NCBI GenBank assembly: GCA_044346305.1
Contig: JBIIZK010000001.1
Span: 15,525-39,524 of the forward strand
Direction of reading: 5' to 3'
From: Bacilli bacterium
GTDB lineage: Bacteria; Bacillota_I; Bacilli_A; RFN20; CAG-826
Length of the DNA: 24,000 nt
Part shown: positions 23,138-24,000 of the stretch, piece after piece
Layout: each line of letters starts with the position of its first letter
How positions within the stretch are numbered: the first letter of the stretch is position 1
The notes under the pieces: generated by a model
What the model was told of the DNA's origin: nothing
What the model saw: the letters and a program-made list of their open reading frames with translations, nothing else
Databases searched by the model: none
Program-made: the position numbers and the translations under genes

Positions 23138-24000
23138 ATGCAAGAAGAAATTAAACTCATCACCCCAATTCCCACCCGTTGGGTTGGCCCTATGACGTTT
23201 GCTCAAGTGACAACACTTGGGAAAAAGCAAACCATTCAACCGGTTGAAGTTCCATTAGCTACTTTAGAAACAACCTTATTTTTTTCTGTTCAACGCGGCA
23301 GTCGAGTGATTAAGAAATCTGGTGGGATTCAATCCACTTTGATTAGTGATACGATGACGCGTTCTTTTACCTTACAAACGACCCATGCGAATGAAGCAGA
23401 ATTGATTGCCCGTTTTGTTAAAACTAATCATAAAATTTTACAAGATGATGTGGTCAGCAAATTAAGTCGATTTGCTCAGTTACAAACCATTGATGTTTAT
23501 CAAGTGGCAAACTTACTCTATTTACGGATTGCGATTTTCTCTGATAATGCCAGTGGTCATAACATGGTGACCTTGGTTGCGGATGGCGTTGGCGATTATT
23601 TATTAAAGAAGTTCCCCTTTGCTACCTACGTTTCTGTGTCTGGAAATATGTGCGTTGATAAAAAAGTAAGTGTGATTAACGCGATCAAGGGTCGGGGAAA
23701 ACATATCATTGCTGAAATCGTCATTCCCAACACCATCGTTGAAAGTGAATTAAAAACCACCCCAGAAAAAATGGTTGACCTTAACATCAAAAAGAATTTA
23801 CTTGGGTCAATCATGGCTGGGTCAGTCCATAGCGGTAACGCTCATTATGCCAACATGTTGCTTGCAATCTATTTGGCAACAGGGCAAGACGCGGCCAATA
23901 TTGTTGAAGGGTCACAAGGGATTACTTTTGCAGAAGTAAAAAATGGTGATCTTTATTTTTCTGTAACCATTCCAAATATTATTATTGGCACCGTTGGCAA
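23138..24000 (+). CDS. hmgA: Partial CDS (5' 287 codons): hydroxymethylglutaryl-CoA reductase, class I-type, soluble (no membrane domain)
   Basis: Absent from the track because it is open at the window end. Hand translation from the ATG at 23138 gives MQEEIKLITPIPTRWVGPM...VPLATLETT...SDNASGHNMV...VSGNMCVDKKVSVINAIKGRGKHIIAEI...NLLGSIMAGSVHSGNAHYANMLLAIYLATGQDAANIVEGSQ...IIGTVG. The SGNxCxDKK...GRGK and GQDAA blocks are class I HMGR signatures. The class II blocks (EPSVVAAAS, DAMGANM) are absent. Confidence 0.85.
   Translation, partial: MQEEIKLITPIPTRWVGPMTFAQVTTLGKKQTIQPVEVPLATLETTLFFSVQRGSRVIKKSGGIQSTLISDTMTRSFTLQTTHANEAELIARFVKTNHKILQDDVVSKLSRFAQLQTIDVYQVANLLYLRIAIFSDNASGHNMVTLVADGVGDYLLKKFPFATYVSVSGNMCVDKKVSVINAIKGRGKHIIAEIVIPNTIVESELKTTPEKMVDLNIKKNLLGSIMAGSVHSGNAHYANMLLAIYLATGQDAANIVEGSQGITFAEVKNGDLYFSVTIPNIIIGTVG

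Noticed and set aside
22290-23814. Track ORFs 22290..22490 (-) and 23626..23814 (-)
   Set aside because: They are antisense to the amidase and HMGR coding sequences.
1-24000. Mycoplasma-type genetic code (TGA = Trp)
   Set aside because: Several well-conserved genes end at TGA (EEP at 5297..5299, the 178-aa gene at 9075..9077, OsmC at 16708..16710). Full-length homologs are obtained with the standard code, and Trp is encoded by TGG.
1-24000. CRISPR arrays, tRNA/rRNA genes, transposases/integrases and prophage genes
   Set aside because: I scanned the intergenic gaps, the longest being 159 nt, 212 nt and 86 nt. They contain no regularly spaced repeats, no cloverleaf-like tRNA structure and no recombinase-like ORFs that I could recognise.

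Overview
This is a 24-kb chromosomal segment from a low-GC bacterium. Hand counts of sample lines give roughly 30-50% GC, about 40% overall. It uses the standard genetic code: TGA acts as a stop and Trp is TGG. Gene content looks like a monoderm (Bacillota/Mycoplasmatota-like) organism. I support about 26 protein-coding genes, two of them truncated by the window edges and absent from the ORF track, across roughly 10 strand switches. I recognised no rRNA, tRNA, CRISPR array, transposase or integrase.

Recognisable genes:
- alpha/beta hydrolase
- zinc-ribbon/TM2-domain protein
- EEP-family phosphoesterase
- RumA-type 23S rRNA m5U methyltransferase (rlmCD-like)
- membrane-tethered XRE regulator
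- mscL
- a heterodimeric ABC exporter pair with one degenerate ATP site
- MORN-variant (YwqK-like) small protein
- DUF4256 and DUF975 proteins
- 4HBT thioesterase
- OsmC-like protein
- RsmF/RsmB-type m5C methyltransferase
- glgC-glgD-glgA
- an amidase-signature enzyme
- the 5' part of a class I-type HMG-CoA reductase

The most interesting item is a canonical heliorhodopsin (9560..10321, minus strand). It lies directly downstream of, and co-oriented with, the ABC exporter pair. One exporter subunit carries an unusual extracytoplasmic insertion of about 95 aa.

Other items worth a second look:
- a translationally coupled pair of uncharacterised membrane proteins at the left edge
- a decayed second copy of a RumA-type gene 3' end, 1.85 kb downstream of the intact gene, bracketing an AT-rich XRE/membrane-protein cassette
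- a recurrent leaderless-mRNA-type promoter/start arrangement at four first-in-operon genes

All domain calls come from motif recognition by eye. No database search was run.
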